Part shown: one piece after another, positions 28,078-38,420 of the stretch
How positions within the stretch are numbered: the stretch's first letter is position 1
Layout: the number at the start of each line of letters is the position of its first letter
DNA from: Bifidobacterium breve
GTDB taxonomy: Bacteria > Actinomycetota > Acidimicrobiia > Acidimicrobiales > Acidimicrobilacustridaceae
Assembly: GCA_945878645.1 (NCBI GenBank)
Contig: CAMCTW010000001.1
Coordinates: forward strand, 4,778-68,777
Direction: 5' to 3'
DNA: 64,000 nt
Notes under the pieces: model-generated
Told to the model about the DNA's origin: nothing
What the model saw: only the letters and a program-made list of their open reading frames with translations
Databases searched by the model: none
Made by a program: the position numbers and the translations under genes

Positions 28078-28150
28078 GGTCGGGTAGCTCAGTTGGCAGA
28101 GCGGCCGCCTGAAAAGCGGTAGGTCACCGGATCGACGCCGGTCCCGACCA
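28078..28150 (+). tRNA. tRNA-Phe (GAA)
   Basis: GGTCGGG...CCCGACC-A; GCCGC-CTGAAAA-GCGGT; T-loop ATCGACG. Confidence 0.94.
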
Positions 28151-28155
28151 CAGTG

Positions 28156-28186
28156 AAAAGGCCCGGGCTCTGCGCCCGGGCCTTTT
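28156..28186. terminator. Bidirectional intrinsic terminator after the tRNA operon
   Basis: AAAAGGCCCGGGC-TCTGC-GCCCGGGCCTTTT. Confidence 0.88.
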
Positions 28187-28221
28187 ACGTTTTTCGAATC
28201 AAGTTGTCGCCAACCATCGAG

Positions 28222-29142
28222 TCACTGAGCGAAAGCGTCCTTGAGTGCTGCTGCCACCTGATCTTGAGCTTCCGAGGCGACGTTCAGGCCGGCATCCATC
28301 GAGAAGAACCCATGGAACATGCCCGCGTATTCCATGTGATCAACGTCAACACCTGCCTCGACGAGTTTCGCAGCGTAGGCATTTCCTTGGTCCCGCAGCG
28401 GATCGAACCCAGCGGTGACTACCACTGCAGGAGGCGCACCAGCGAGGTCAGAAAAAATCGGCGAATACCGAGGATCGCTGAGATCTTCAACCGTGACCGT
28501 GTAGTGCTCGTGGAACCAGTCCATGGCATTGCGGGAGAGCAGATAGCCCTCGGCATTTTCTGTCATTGATGGGCGATCGCAAGTGCCATCGGTGACGGGG
28601 TAAATCAGTGCCTGCTGAATGATTTCGACGTGTTCGTGATCACGAGAGATGTTGGCAACAACAGCGGCGAGGTTTCCACCCGCGCTATCACCCGCAACCG
28701 CCAGTCGCGATGTATCGACGTTCAGTTCATCGCCATGCGTAGCCACCCATTCCGTGGCCGCCCACGCGTCATCGATTGCTGCAGGAAACTTGGCTTCGGG
28801 GGCAAGGCGGTAATCGATGGCCACAACAACGCAGTCAGCCTTCGCCGCAATCACACGGCAGCAATGGTCGTGAGATTCGAGATCGCCAACGACCCAACCG
28901 CCACCGTGGAAGAAAACCGTGACCGGCAATCCGGCATCGGTGCTTGGACGATAAATGCGCACCGGAATCTCACCGGCGGGACCAGGAATGGTGCGATCGG
29001 TGATGCTCGCCAGTTCGATAGGACTCGGCATGGCAGTGAGGCCCATGCCTTCACGAAGTTCTTCAGGGGTCTTCCCTTCAAACGTGAAGCCGCTCTCGGC
29101 CATGAAATCGAGAATGACCTTTGCCTGCGGATCAAGTGCCAC
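28222..29142 (-). CDS. HSL-family esterase (alpha/beta hydrolase)
   Basis: HGGGW, YRLAPE, GDSAGG, FDPLRD, HGF. Confidence 0.93.
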   Translation of the reverse strand: MALDPQAKVILDFMAESGFTFEGKTPEELREGMGLTAMPSPIELASITDRTIPGPAGEIPVRIYRPSTDAGLPVTVFFHGGGWVVGDLESHDHCCRVIAAKADCVVVAIDYRLAPEAKFPAAIDDAWAATEWVATHGDELNVDTSRLAVAGDSAGGNLAAVVANISRDHEHVEIIQQALIYPVTDGTCDRPSMTENAEGYLLSRNAMDWFHEHYTVTVEDLSDPRYSPIFSDLAGAPPAVVVTAGFDPLRDQGNAYAAKLVEAGVDVDHMEYAGMFHGFFSMDAGLNVASEAQDQVAAALKDAFAQ

Positions 29143-29227
29143 GGGAGTTCCCCCTTGAGAAGTTGTGGGGACTAACTGTGGCACAGCCAACCACCGGTCG
29201 TCCTGCAAAACCAACGGAGATCGTGGT

Positions 29228-29953
29228 TTAGAGACCAAGAGCGCTGGGTACCTCGGCATGATCATCGATGACGACATCGCCTTCGGGGCCATGTTCGGGA
29301 TCGTCATCGGTCACGCCTCGGTAACGCAGCGCCAACATGCCCATTGCTTTGGCCCCAGCAATATCAGTTCGGCGAAGGTCGCCGATATGCGCGGCTCGCG
29401 ATGGATCGATGCCGCCCAAGCCAGCAAGTGCATGTTCAAAAATGGCGGCGTGCGGTTTATACACGCCGACCTCATCAGAAAACGACCAATGGTCAAACAT
29501 CGCCAAGACTCCGTGGCCTTCGAGGTAGTCACGCAACACCGGTGACGGAGTGAGCCCGACATCGCACACAATCCCGATGCGTAACCCCGCCTGTTTCAGA
29601 ACACTCAAAGTCGAAACGAGGTTGTCTGTGAGGTCGAGCTGCATGGTGCGCGGTGCAGACAGGTAGGCATCGATGATTCGAATACGGACCTGTTCATCGT
29701 TCGTGTGTCCGAGAACCTCGAGCACTGTTTCCGCGGCATGTTCACCGGTGAACTGCTCGCCCAGTCCCCACGACGCGTCGAACCTACGAAATGCTTCGTC
29801 GAATGCAGCATTGATCTCGTCATGTTCCGCGGTAAGTCCGTGGCTAACAAGCACCTCGGCAATGGCAAGGCGACGCTGCACTCGAGTCGCGGCGGTATCA
29901 GCTCGAACGAGCGTGTCCCAGAAATCAAAAGTGATCGCGTCGAACCGCGACAC
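29228..29953 (-). CDS. HAD-family hydrolase
   Basis: TFDFWDTLV, VYKPHAAIF, HIGDLRRTDI. Confidence 0.9.
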   Translation of the reverse strand: MSRFDAITFDFWDTLVRADTAATRVQRRLAIAEVLVSHGLTAEHDEINAAFDEAFRRFDASWGLGEQFTGEHAAETVLEVLGHTNDEQVRIRIIDAYLSAPRTMQLDLTDNLVSTLSVLKQAGLRIGIVCDVGLTPSPVLRDYLEGHGVLAMFDHWSFSDEVGVYKPHAAIFEHALAGLGGIDPSRAAHIGDLRRTDIAGAKAMGMLALRYRGVTDDDPEHGPEGDVVIDDHAEVPSALGL

Positions 29954-29958
29954 GGTGT

Positions 29959-31365
29959 TCAGCGCTTTCGAATGACGCCGTCGCGAATTGCGGCTTCGGC
30001 CGCAGCAGCGGCAACCAGCGGAGCAATTCGCTTATCGAACACTGACGGAATGACGTGATCTGGGGCGAGGTCCTCGGCGCTAACTGCATTCGCAATTGCA
30101 TAAGCAGCAGCAACCTTCATGTTTTCGGTGATCTGCGTCGCACCGCAATCAAGCGCGCCACGGAAAATACCGGGGAACGCAAGAACGTTATTGATCTGGT
30201 TCGGGAAATCGCTTCGGCCCGTTGCCATAACTGCAACACAACCTTCGGCTTCTTCCGGACGAATCTCGGGATCGGGGTTCGCCATGGCAAACACGATCGG
30301 ATCCTTCGCCATGGTCAGGACGTCCTGGCGATTGATGAGGTTCGGACCACTCACACCGATGAACACATCGGAGCCCGGCATGATGTCGGCCAGCGAACCT
30401 TTGCGGCCTTCAGGGTTGGTGTTTTCCGCAAACCACTGCTTGGCCACATTGAGATTGCCGCGACCGTTGTAGACCGCGCCTTCACGGTCGACACCAATGA
30501 TGTTACGAACGCCGGCATTCATAAGGATTTTGGAAATCGCAACACCCGCAGCACCAACGCCGGCGATGACAACGGTGAGATCTTCCATCTTCTTATTGAC
30601 GATCTTGAGCGAATTCATAAGCGCAGCGAGCGTGACAACCGCGGTGCCGTGCTGATCATCGTGGAACACGGGGATATCGAGCAGTTCCTTGAGGCGATCT
30701 TCCACCACGAAACATGCCGGAGCGGCAATGTCTTCAAGATTGATGCCGCCAAATGATGGAGCGATGTTCACGACGGTGCGAATAATCTCTTCAGGATCTT
30801 TGGTGTTGAGGCAGATGGGGAAACCATCGACTCCAGCGAATTCCTTAAACAGCAGCGCTTTACCTTCCATGACGGGCATTGCGCCGAGCGGGCCAATATC
30901 ACCAAGACCAAGAACAGCTGTTCCATCGCTAACAATGGCAACCGTGTTCTTACGAATGGTGAGATCGTGCGAAAGCAACGGGTCCTTTTCGATCGCGGTG
31001 CAAATTCGCGCAACGCCTGGCGTGTACGCCATCGAGAGGTCGTCACGATCGTTGACGGGGATGCGGCTGATGACGTGCACTTTGCCGCCAGCGTGCAATG
31101 CAAAGGTGCGGTCTTCCCACTCCAGAAGTTCGATATCGGAAAGGGCTCGAACCGCATCAAGTACTTGCTGTTGATGCGCTTCGCTTGAGCAGTTGACGAC
31201 AACGTCTTCGTCAAGCGATTCCTTCTTGGCTTCGAATCCTTCGAGCGACCAAATATTTCCGCCTACCGAACCAATGGCGGTAGCGAGATGGCCCAGTGCC
31301 CCGGGTTCATTGCCGAGTCGGACGCGGAGACGGATGCTAAATGCGGCGGTAGTTGAGTCAGCCAT
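29959..31365 (-). CDS. NAD(P)-dependent malic enzyme with N-terminal ACT domain
   Basis: AYTPGVA, DGTAVLGLGDIG, PVMEGKA, FHDDQHGTA, GAAG, NQINN. Confidence 0.95.
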   Translation of the reverse strand: MADSTTAAFSIRLRVRLGNEPGALGHLATAIGSVGGNIWSLEGFEAKKESLDEDVVVNCSSEAHQQQVLDAVRALSDIELLEWEDRTFALHAGGKVHVISRIPVNDRDDLSMAYTPGVARICTAIEKDPLLSHDLTIRKNTVAIVSDGTAVLGLGDIGPLGAMPVMEGKALLFKEFAGVDGFPICLNTKDPEEIIRTVVNIAPSFGGINLEDIAAPACFVVEDRLKELLDIPVFHDDQHGTAVVTLAALMNSLKIVNKKMEDLTVVIAGVGAAGVAISKILMNAGVRNIIGVDREGAVYNGRGNLNVAKQWFAENTNPEGRKGSLADIMPGSDVFIGVSGPNLINRQDVLTMAKDPIVFAMANPDPEIRPEEAEGCVAVMATGRSDFPNQINNVLAFPGIFRGALDCGATQITENMKVAAAYAIANAVSAEDLAPDHVIPSVFDKRIAPLVAAAAAEAAIRDGVIRKR

Positions 31366-31431
31366 AGGGCCGAGACGCTACCCGTCAGGCCATGGACTCT
31401 CCCAAGTCGGCTTCTGCCAGCCCGTATTGGC

Positions 31432-31992
31432 TCAAGCGCCTTCATAGGGGAAGCCGAGTTCCGGAGCAGTCACAAGCGCCCGGAACTGCAGACCTTCGGC
31501 CTCGGCCATCGCCTGGCAGGTGCCGCCTCGATCAACCACGACCAGCACCATGACCGGTTCGGCCCCAAGTTCACGAGCGACATGTACTGCTTCCATTGGC
31601 GACGTACCTCGGGTGACGGTGTCGTCGGTGATGACGCATTTGTCGCCCGGTTCGAGTGGCCCCGCGAGTCGACCAGCAACTCCGTGATCTTTCGCCTCTT
31701 TGCGAATCGTGAAGGATCGGAGCAAGCGGCCTCGGGTCGCAGCAACGGCGGCGATGCCGTAGGCAACCGGATCAGCGCCCACCGTGAGTCCACCGATCGC
31801 CGTGACATCTGCGGGAATCAGATCGAGTGCAAGATCGGCCAAAAGCAACAATCCGTCGGGGCGACAGGCAGTCTGCTTTGAGTCGATGAACCACGAACTC
31901 TTCTTGCCCGACTTCAGCGTGAAATCACCCGTTCGCACCGAATAGCGGAGAAGGTGATCGATTAGTTGCTGCTTGGCCGTCGCGTCACTCAC
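31432..31992 (-). CDS. pyrE: Orotate phosphoribosyltransferase
   Basis: GDFTLKSGKKS.WFID, IRKEAKDHG, ITDDTVTRGTS PRPP loop. Confidence 0.92.
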   Translation of the reverse strand: MSDATAKQQLIDHLLRYSVRTGDFTLKSGKKSSWFIDSKQTACRPDGLLLLADLALDLIPADVTAIGGLTVGADPVAYGIAAVAATRGRLLRSFTIRKEAKDHGVAGRLAGPLEPGDKCVITDDTVTRGTSPMEAVHVARELGAEPVMVLVVVDRGGTCQAMAEAEGLQFRALVTAPELGFPYEGA

Positions 31993-32043
31993 GACTATGA
32001 ACCTACCGGCCAACCGCCAACCACGGGAGGAGTCTCGGTTGCG

Positions 32044-33093
32044 TCAGACAATCCGGACAGTGCCGTCGCCTTCGACGATATGTCCGATCACCGTGGCTCG
32101 ATGCCCCGAAGCACGAGCGGTATCGAGTGCCTTAAACGAGTCTGACTCTGAGACGACAACGATCATGCCGACACCCATGTTGAACACGCGTGACATTTCA
32201 TCGTCGGCCACAGAACCGAGGCGCTGGATTTCACCGAAGATGGGCGGTACTTCCCATGATCCGCGCGTAACTTCCGCGGCGGTTCCGCGTGGGAGCACTC
32301 GATTGAGATTGCCGGGAATTCCGCCACCAGTGATGTGCGCCACGCCACGGACATCAACCGCTTTTTGAAGCGCAGCGATCGCCGGCGAGAAAATCACCGA
32401 GGGAGCAAGCAGTTCATCGGCCAGTGAGTGATGTGCCCCTTTATAGGCCGGACCATCAAGCGGAAGTTGTGCTCGTTCGAGCAGAACGCGACGAGCCAGC
32501 GAGAAACCGTTGGACCGTAAGTTCTGCGAAGGCAGTCCGATCAGAACATCGCCGGGCGTAATCGTGGCCCCGGTAATGAGCGCGTCGCGGTCGGCGATTC
32601 CGACGGCAAAGCCGACGAGATCAAATTCGCCGGCTTCCATTGCGCCGGGATGTTCCGCCATTTCGCCACCAACAAGTGCGCAACCGGCCTGGCGGCAACC
32701 ATCGGCCACGCCCTCGACCAATTGATCGATGTGATCAGGATCGAGACGACCGACGGCGATGTAGTCGAGAAAGAACAACGGTTCGGCGCCTTGACACACA
32801 AGGTCGTCGACACACATCGCAACGAGGTCGACACCGATCGTGGTGAAGCGACCGGTGGCCTGCGCAACGAGTGCTTTTGTGCCAACGCCATCGGTTGATG
32901 AAACAAGCACTGGCTTCTTGTAACGAGCAAGGTCAAGAGCAAAGAGCCCACCGAAGCCGCCAATGTCACCAATAACTTCGGGACGAAACGTCGAACGAAC
33001 ATGAGACTTAATGCGATCGACTGCTTCTTCGCCAGCATCAATACTCACGCCCGCTCCGGCGTAAGTTTCACCCTTCGTCACGTCGTCAGTCAT
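32044..33093 (-). CDS. purM: AIR synthetase
   Basis: YAGAGV, DGVGTK, GGEMAEHPG, AHITGGG, FNMGVG. Confidence 0.96.
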   Translation of the reverse strand: MTDDVTKGETYAGAGVSIDAGEEAVDRIKSHVRSTFRPEVIGDIGGFGGLFALDLARYKKPVLVSSTDGVGTKALVAQATGRFTTIGVDLVAMCVDDLVCQGAEPLFFLDYIAVGRLDPDHIDQLVEGVADGCRQAGCALVGGEMAEHPGAMEAGEFDLVGFAVGIADRDALITGATITPGDVLIGLPSQNLRSNGFSLARRVLLERAQLPLDGPAYKGAHHSLADELLAPSVIFSPAIAALQKAVDVRGVAHITGGGIPGNLNRVLPRGTAAEVTRGSWEVPPIFGEIQRLGSVADDEMSRVFNMGVGMIVVVSESDSFKALDTARASGHRATVIGHIVEGDGTVRIV

Positions 33094-34651
33094 TGGTCTC
33101 TTCCGGCGCAGTAAATAAGAGCGCTTCTTGGGCGGGAAGCGTCGAAGCAACTGAGAGGGTTTCGGCGACACTCCCGACTTCACTCTTGTCGGGTGTTGAA
33201 GCGGAGGGCATTTCAAGAATGTGCTTGCCGAGTTCTACCGGAATCGCGACGGGATAGTTACCCGTCAAACATGCATCGCAGAAACCCGCACCAACTGCGC
33301 CGGTGGCAGTGAGCAATCGATCAAGAGTGAGATACGACAGCGAATCGACGTTGAGATATTCGCGAATTTCATCGACGCTCATATTCGCCGCGAGAAGTTC
33401 GCCCCGAGTGCCGGTATCCATGCCGTAAAAACAAGGCCACTTGTAGGGCGGCGATGAAACGCGCATATGCACTTCGGCCGCACCGGCTTCGCGCAACATC
33501 GAGACCATCGCTCGTGTTGTCGTGCCTCTAACGATCGAATCATCGACAACAACAAGACGACGACCGGCAATGTTGTCGCGCAAGGGATTGAGTTTCATAC
33601 GCACGCCAAGGGCGCGCATTTCCTGATTCGGTGCGATAAATGTGCGACCGATATAGCGATTCTTTACGAGACCCTGACCAAACGGAATGCCGGAGCTTCG
33701 TGCATACCCTTCAGCCGCCGGGATACCCGATTCGGGAACACCCATCACAAGGTCGGCTTCAACCGGTGCTTGCTCAGCGAGTTTCTCGCCCATGCGCACT
33801 CGCGCTTGGTGAACACTTTGCCCATAGAGGCGAGTATCGGGTCGTGCGAAGTACACGAATTCGAACAAGCACAGTTTCGGATCGATTGCCGATGGTTCAA
33901 ACACGCGCACAGCGCGATATCCAGTGGCGTCAATGATGATCATCTCGCCGGGTTCGAGTTCACGAACTAGATGCGCACCAACGACATCGAGCGCGGGGCT
34001 TTCTGATGCGAGCACCCATCCGTTATCGAGTTTTCCGAGACACAGCGGGCGGAAACCATTGGGATCTCGGACGCCTATGACGTGTCCTTCGTCCATGGCC
34101 ACCACGGAGAATGCACCTTTAAGCTGAGGAAGGATGGCCAACATCGCCCGTTCGAGCGCACGATGATCGGCACTTTCATCGGGGTTCTTCGCAAGTTCTG
34201 ATGCGAGCAATTCCGCCATGACATCGCTGTCGGAACTCACGGTGCCGGGAAGCATTCCCAACTGATCGGCGAGTTCAGCCGTGTTGACCAGGTTGCCGTT
34301 GTGCGCAATCGCAACGGTGTGCGCACCAACGTTGCGATACACCGGCTGAGCGTTATGCCAAACACTTGAACCGGTCGTGGAATAACGCGTATGCCCGATG
34401 GCGAGGTGGCCAGTAAGAGCAGCGAGCGTTCGATCGTCGAACGCGTTGGACACCAACCCGGTGTCTTTGACGACCGTAACGGTTGAGCCATCGCTTACTG
34501 CCATGCCCGCAGCTTCTTGGCCGCGATGTTGTAGCGCGTACAAACCTAAATACGTGAGGTGTGACACCGCTTGTTCAGGTGCATACACACCGAAGACGCC
34601 ACATGCTTCTTTCGGTGTGTCGTCATCTGGATCCACGCACTCAGTTTGCAC
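33086..34651 (-). CDS. purF: Amidophosphoribosyltransferase
   Basis: EACGVFG, QHRGQE, GHTRYST, VVVDDSIVRGTT. Confidence 0.97.
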   Translation of the reverse strand: MQTECVDPDDDTPKEACGVFGVYAPEQAVSHLTYLGLYALQHRGQEAAGMAVSDGSTVTVVKDTGLVSNAFDDRTLAALTGHLAIGHTRYSTTGSSVWHNAQPVYRNVGAHTVAIAHNGNLVNTAELADQLGMLPGTVSSDSDVMAELLASELAKNPDESADHRALERAMLAILPQLKGAFSVVAMDEGHVIGVRDPNGFRPLCLGKLDNGWVLASESPALDVVGAHLVRELEPGEMIIIDATGYRAVRVFEPSAIDPKLCLFEFVYFARPDTRLYGQSVHQARVRMGEKLAEQAPVEADLVMGVPESGIPAAEGYARSSGIPFGQGLVKNRYIGRTFIAPNQEMRALGVRMKLNPLRDNIAGRRLVVVDDSIVRGTTTRAMVSMLREAGAAEVHMRVSSPPYKWPCFYGMDTGTRGELLAANMSVDEIREYLNVDSLSYLTLDRLLTATGAVGAGFCDACLTGNYPVAIPVELGKHILEMPSASTPDKSEVGSVAETLSVASTLPAQEALLFTAPEETND

Positions 34652-34654
34652 GAT

Positions 34655-36892
34655 TTAGTCCTGCGCCGTTCCGGCACCGAGCGCCGCAGGAATTTGGTTG
34701 GTCCATGCATCAATGACATCTGACAGGGGAAGGTCCACAAGTCCCTTGATCGAGAATCGATCCCCACCAGCAACACCAATGCGAGAAACCGGAACTCCGG
34801 CTTCGGCACAGAGATTCTCAACGATGCTCATTGATTCGGGTTCAACACAGACAACAACTCGTGATGGACCTTCGGCAAAAAGTTCAGCGGCATTAGCCAC
34901 TCGAGCTGCGGACACACCGATCCCTGACTTAGCCGCCATTTCTGCAAGGGCTACACCAATTCCGCCACCCGATACATCGTGAACTCCGGCAACGATGCCA
35001 CCAATGACGAGTTTGCGAACCACTTCTGCAACCTTCAGATGATGGGCATGGTCAAGAGATGGGAGCGTTCCACCGCGATGGCCACGAGCGCGAGCCCAAC
35101 GCGAACCCGACACCTCTGGCTGCGTCACTCCAATAAGCATCAAACGCCCCTGATCAACCAACGCCACACCAGGTGGCCGGCGATCAAGTGCATCGATGAC
35201 GCCCAGCATTCCGACAACCGGGGTCGGATCAATATCGGTGCCCTGAGATTCGTTGTACAGACTCACGTTGCCGCCGATAACCGGCGAGTTGAATGCCACG
35301 CAGGCTTCCGACATGCCATCGATGGCTTCAGACAACTGCCACATGACCTCGGGGTGTTCGGGGTTCCCAAAGTTCAAACAGTTCACAACGGCCAGCGGAC
35401 GAGCACCAACGCACGCAAGGTTCAGTAACGACTCGGCAACTGTGAGTGCAGTGCCCTGACGAGGATCCACTGCGCACCAACGGTGGTTACCGTCGGTAGT
35501 GAGCGCAATGCCGCGGCCGGTGTCAACGCCGGTAGTCGGATGCTTGAGGCGGAGCACTGCCGCGTCGCCGCCCGGACCTTCAACGGTGTTGAGGAACAAC
35601 TGGTGGTCGTACTGCGAGAACACCCAGCGCGCGTCGGCCAAGAGTTCGAGCAATTCCGCGCCGGGATCGACCGACATGGGCGCCGGTTCCGATCCCATCG
35701 TGCGAGTCTCGGCATTAAATGCGGATGGTTGCGCGATCGGACGGTTGTAGAGCGGTGCGTCTTCGTGCAGCGATGCGGCGGGGATATCGCACAACACTTC
35801 GCCGTCGAAGCCATCCATGATGCGGAGCCGACCACCGTCGGGGTGCCCCGTCGCGGGACCGTCGGTGACATGACCAATCACTGAAGAACGAACTTCCCAA
35901 CGAGCGCAGATCGAAAGAACTTGATCGAGGTCGGCGGGCTCGACGATGGCGAGCATGCGCTCTTGGCTTTCCGAGGTCATCACCTCGAACGGTTCCATCC
36001 CTGCTTCGCGACGAGGAATGGCAGTGACATCGACGTCCATGCCCATGCCACCGCGACTCGCGGTTTCGCTGGTTGCACACGCAAGGCCCGCGCCACCGAG
36101 ATCTTGAATGCCAACCACGAGACCAGCGTCGAGAAGTTCGAGACACGCTTCGATGAGGCGCTTTTCTTCGTAAGGATCGCCAACCTGCACCGAGGGGCGC
36201 TTTTCAGCATCGGTTTCTTCATCGGAGAAACCCGCAGAGGCGAGAACACTCACACCACCAATGCCGTCACGGCCGGTGCTTGAACCGAGCAACACAGCAA
36301 GGTTGCCAACACCAGTGGCCTGACCGAGCACGAGCCGTTCTGTGGGCAGCACGCCAAGACACAACACATTGACGAGTGGATTGCCTATATAGGTGGCATC
36401 GAAAACCGTTTCGCCGCCCACGGTGGGCACACCTACTGAATTGCCATAACCCGAGACGCCGCTGATGACGCCTTCCGCGATCCATCGACTACGAGGATCG
36501 TCAAGTGGGCCAAAGCGCAATGGGTCCATGAGCGCGATCGGACGCGCGCCCATCGTGAAGATGTCTCGCAGAATGCCGCCGACACCGGTAGCTGCGCCTT
36601 GATAGGGCTCAATGGCGGAGGGGTGATTATGCGATTCGATACGAATCGCTGCAGCAATACCATCGCCGACATCGACCACGCCAGCGTTTTCGCCAGGACC
36701 GACGAGGACCCACGGGGCTTCGGTAGGAAGTCGCTTGAGATGAACGCGAGAAGACTTGTACGAGCAGTGCTCGGACCACATCACCGCGAACATCGCCAAC
36801 TCAAGGTGGTTGGGATCGCGGTGGAGGATCTTGCGGATGTCTTCGTATTCGGAGTCAGTCAGTCCGAGGGCACGGTGAATCGCGTCATCCAT
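34655..36892 (-). CDS. purL: FGAM synthase subunit PurL
   Basis: [39 protein letters not shown]. Confidence 0.97.
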   Translation of the reverse strand: MDDAIHRALGLTDSEYEDIRKILHRDPNHLELAMFAVMWSEHCSYKSSRVHLKRLPTEAPWVLVGPGENAGVVDVGDGIAAAIRIESHNHPSAIEPYQGAATGVGGILRDIFTMGARPIALMDPLRFGPLDDPRSRWIAEGVISGVSGYGNSVGVPTVGGETVFDATYIGNPLVNVLCLGVLPTERLVLGQATGVGNLAVLLGSSTGRDGIGGVSVLASAGFSDEETDAEKRPSVQVGDPYEEKRLIEACLELLDAGLVVGIQDLGGAGLACATSETASRGGMGMDVDVTAIPRREAGMEPFEVMTSESQERMLAIVEPADLDQVLSICARWEVRSSVIGHVTDGPATGHPDGGRLRIMDGFDGEVLCDIPAASLHEDAPLYNRPIAQPSAFNAETRTMGSEPAPMSVDPGAELLELLADARWVFSQYDHQLFLNTVEGPGGDAAVLRLKHPTTGVDTGRGIALTTDGNHRWCAVDPRQGTALTVAESLLNLACVGARPLAVVNCLNFGNPEHPEVMWQLSEAIDGMSEACVAFNSPVIGGNVSLYNESQGTDIDPTPVVGMLGVIDALDRRPPGVALVDQGRLMLIGVTQPEVSGSRWARARGHRGGTLPSLDHAHHLKVAEVVRKLVIGGIVAGVHDVSGGGIGVALAEMAAKSGIGVSAARVANAAELFAEGPSRVVVCVEPESMSIVENLCAEAGVPVSRIGVAGGDRFSIKGLVDLPLSDVIDAWTNQIPAALGAGTAQD

Positions 36893-36984
36893 TGGGTGCA
36901 GGCTAGTGCGCCGGAACACCACAATTCGCCGGGTTTCGACGTGACCGTTGTCGGTTTCGCGGTGGTGTGATGGACTCAACGCTT

Positions 36985-37437
36985 ATGAGCGACCAGACCT
37001 CTGAACCTTCTGGGGAGAAGCCGCGTATCGGACTTCCTCCCGGCACGATGACGCAGAGCCACAAAGACGCGCTCAAAGAAGGTCGCGAGCGCGGACAGAT
37101 CGTGCGTCACTACCTACAGGCCATTGAATCAGCGAAGCCCAGACGAGGTCGACCAATCACGCCTGAGGGTCTGCGCAAGGGCATCGAGAAGATCGATGCC
37201 GATCTCGCAACCGAGAAGGACCCGCTCCGCAAGTTGGATCTGGTGCAGTCAAAGATCAAGAAACAAAAAGACCTCGAGGAACTCGAATCGCCCATCGACA
37301 TGGTTGCCCTTGAAATTGAATTCGTGCGAGTTGCTAAGGACTACAACGATTCCAAGGAACTCAGTCCTGAAGCCTGGCTCGAGCTAGGTGTTCCACGCGA
37401 GGTCTTACGCCGCGCGGGAATTCTTGAACATCGTTAA
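36985..37437 (+). CDS. Hypothetical highly charged helical protein with AT-hook-like motif
   Basis: Fills the purL-purQ gap on the opposite strand; KPRRGRP, coiled-coil-like middle, AWLELGVPREVLRRAGI tail. Confidence 0.8.
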   Translation: MSDQTSEPSGEKPRIGLPPGTMTQSHKDALKEGRERGQIVRHYLQAIESAKPRRGRPITPEGLRKGIEKIDADLATEKDPLRKLDLVQSKIKKQKDLEELESPIDMVALEIEFVRVAKDYNDSKELSPEAWLELGVPREVLRRAGILEHR

Positions 37438-37442
37438 TTCGT

Positions 37443-38102
37443 TCAGACAGACAACAACGAACGAAGCAGCGGTAACCCGTCTGTGCTTCCGAGAAGTTCG
37501 CTGGTCGAACGTTCAGGATGCGGCATGAGGCCAACAACGTTGCGACCTTCATTACACACGCCAGCGATGTTGTCGACTGAGCCGTTGGGGTTCACGACGT
37601 AACGCAACACGATGCGGTCTTCATCGCGAAGTTGCGCAAGCGTTTCTGCATCGCAGGTGTAATTGCCTTCGAAGTGATTGATCGGAATGCTCAGAACGGC
37701 GCCTTTGTCGGCGGCACGAGTGAGCACCGAATTTGTGGTCTCGACGCGCAACTGTGCAGGTGCGCAAACAAACTTCAGACCAGCGTTCTTTTGCAGTGCA
37801 CCGGGAAGAAGCCCGGCTTCGGTAAGCACCTGAAAACCATTACAAATACCGACCACTGGGCCGCCAGCAGCAGCGAACTCAGCAACTGCAGACATCACTG
37901 GTGAGAAACGCGCAATGGCGCCGGGACGCAGATAATCACCATGTGCGAAGCCACCGGGAACGATGACGGCATCAACACCATTCACTGTTGCATCGCCGTG
38001 CCAAAGAAGTTCAGGCTCGCCACCAACGAGACGCATGGCCTCGAGCATGTCTTGCTCACAGTTTGAACCGGGGAAGACCACAACCCCGACGCGTAAACTC
38101 AC
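37443..38102 (-). CDS. purQ: FGAM synthase glutaminase subunit
   Basis: FPGSNC, PGGFAHGDYLR, GICNGFQ, MPHPER. Confidence 0.97.
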   Translation of the reverse strand: MSLRVGVVVFPGSNCEQDMLEAMRLVGGEPELLWHGDATVNGVDAVIVPGGFAHGDYLRPGAIARFSPVMSAVAEFAAAGGPVVGICNGFQVLTEAGLLPGALQKNAGLKFVCAPAQLRVETTNSVLTRAADKGAVLSIPINHFEGNYTCDAETLAQLRDEDRIVLRYVVNPNGSVDNIAGVCNEGRNVVGLMPHPERSTSELLGSTDGLPLLRSLLSV

Positions 38103-38362
38103 GATGCAACGCCCGCGGGTTCGAGTTCAACAATTGCGTCTTCGATGACGGGATTGGTGAGGAACCGACTACAGAGATCTTCCGCTTCAGCACGAGCCGA
38201 AGCTTCATCGGCGGCATCAATTTCGAAACGAATGCTCTTACCGACGCGCACGCCGCTGACACCAGAAAAACCCAGAGTGGGCATAGCTCGTTCGATAGTG
38301 GAACCTTGGGGATCAGCAATCCCAGGTCGAAGACGCACTTCGACGTGCACCGAGAAGATCAT
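38099..38362 (-). CDS. purS: FGAM synthase subunit PurS
   Basis: DPQG, VRVGK, LTNPVIED. Confidence 0.95.
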   Translation of the reverse strand: MIFSVHVEVRLRPGIADPQGSTIERAMPTLGFSGVSGVRVGKSIRFEIDAADEASARAEAEDLCSRFLTNPVIEDAIVELEPAGVAS

Positions 38363-38420
38363 GCGACCATGCTCGCACATCGACGCGCGCTTGCGGAGCA
38401 GATCTGCATGCGGTCGATCG

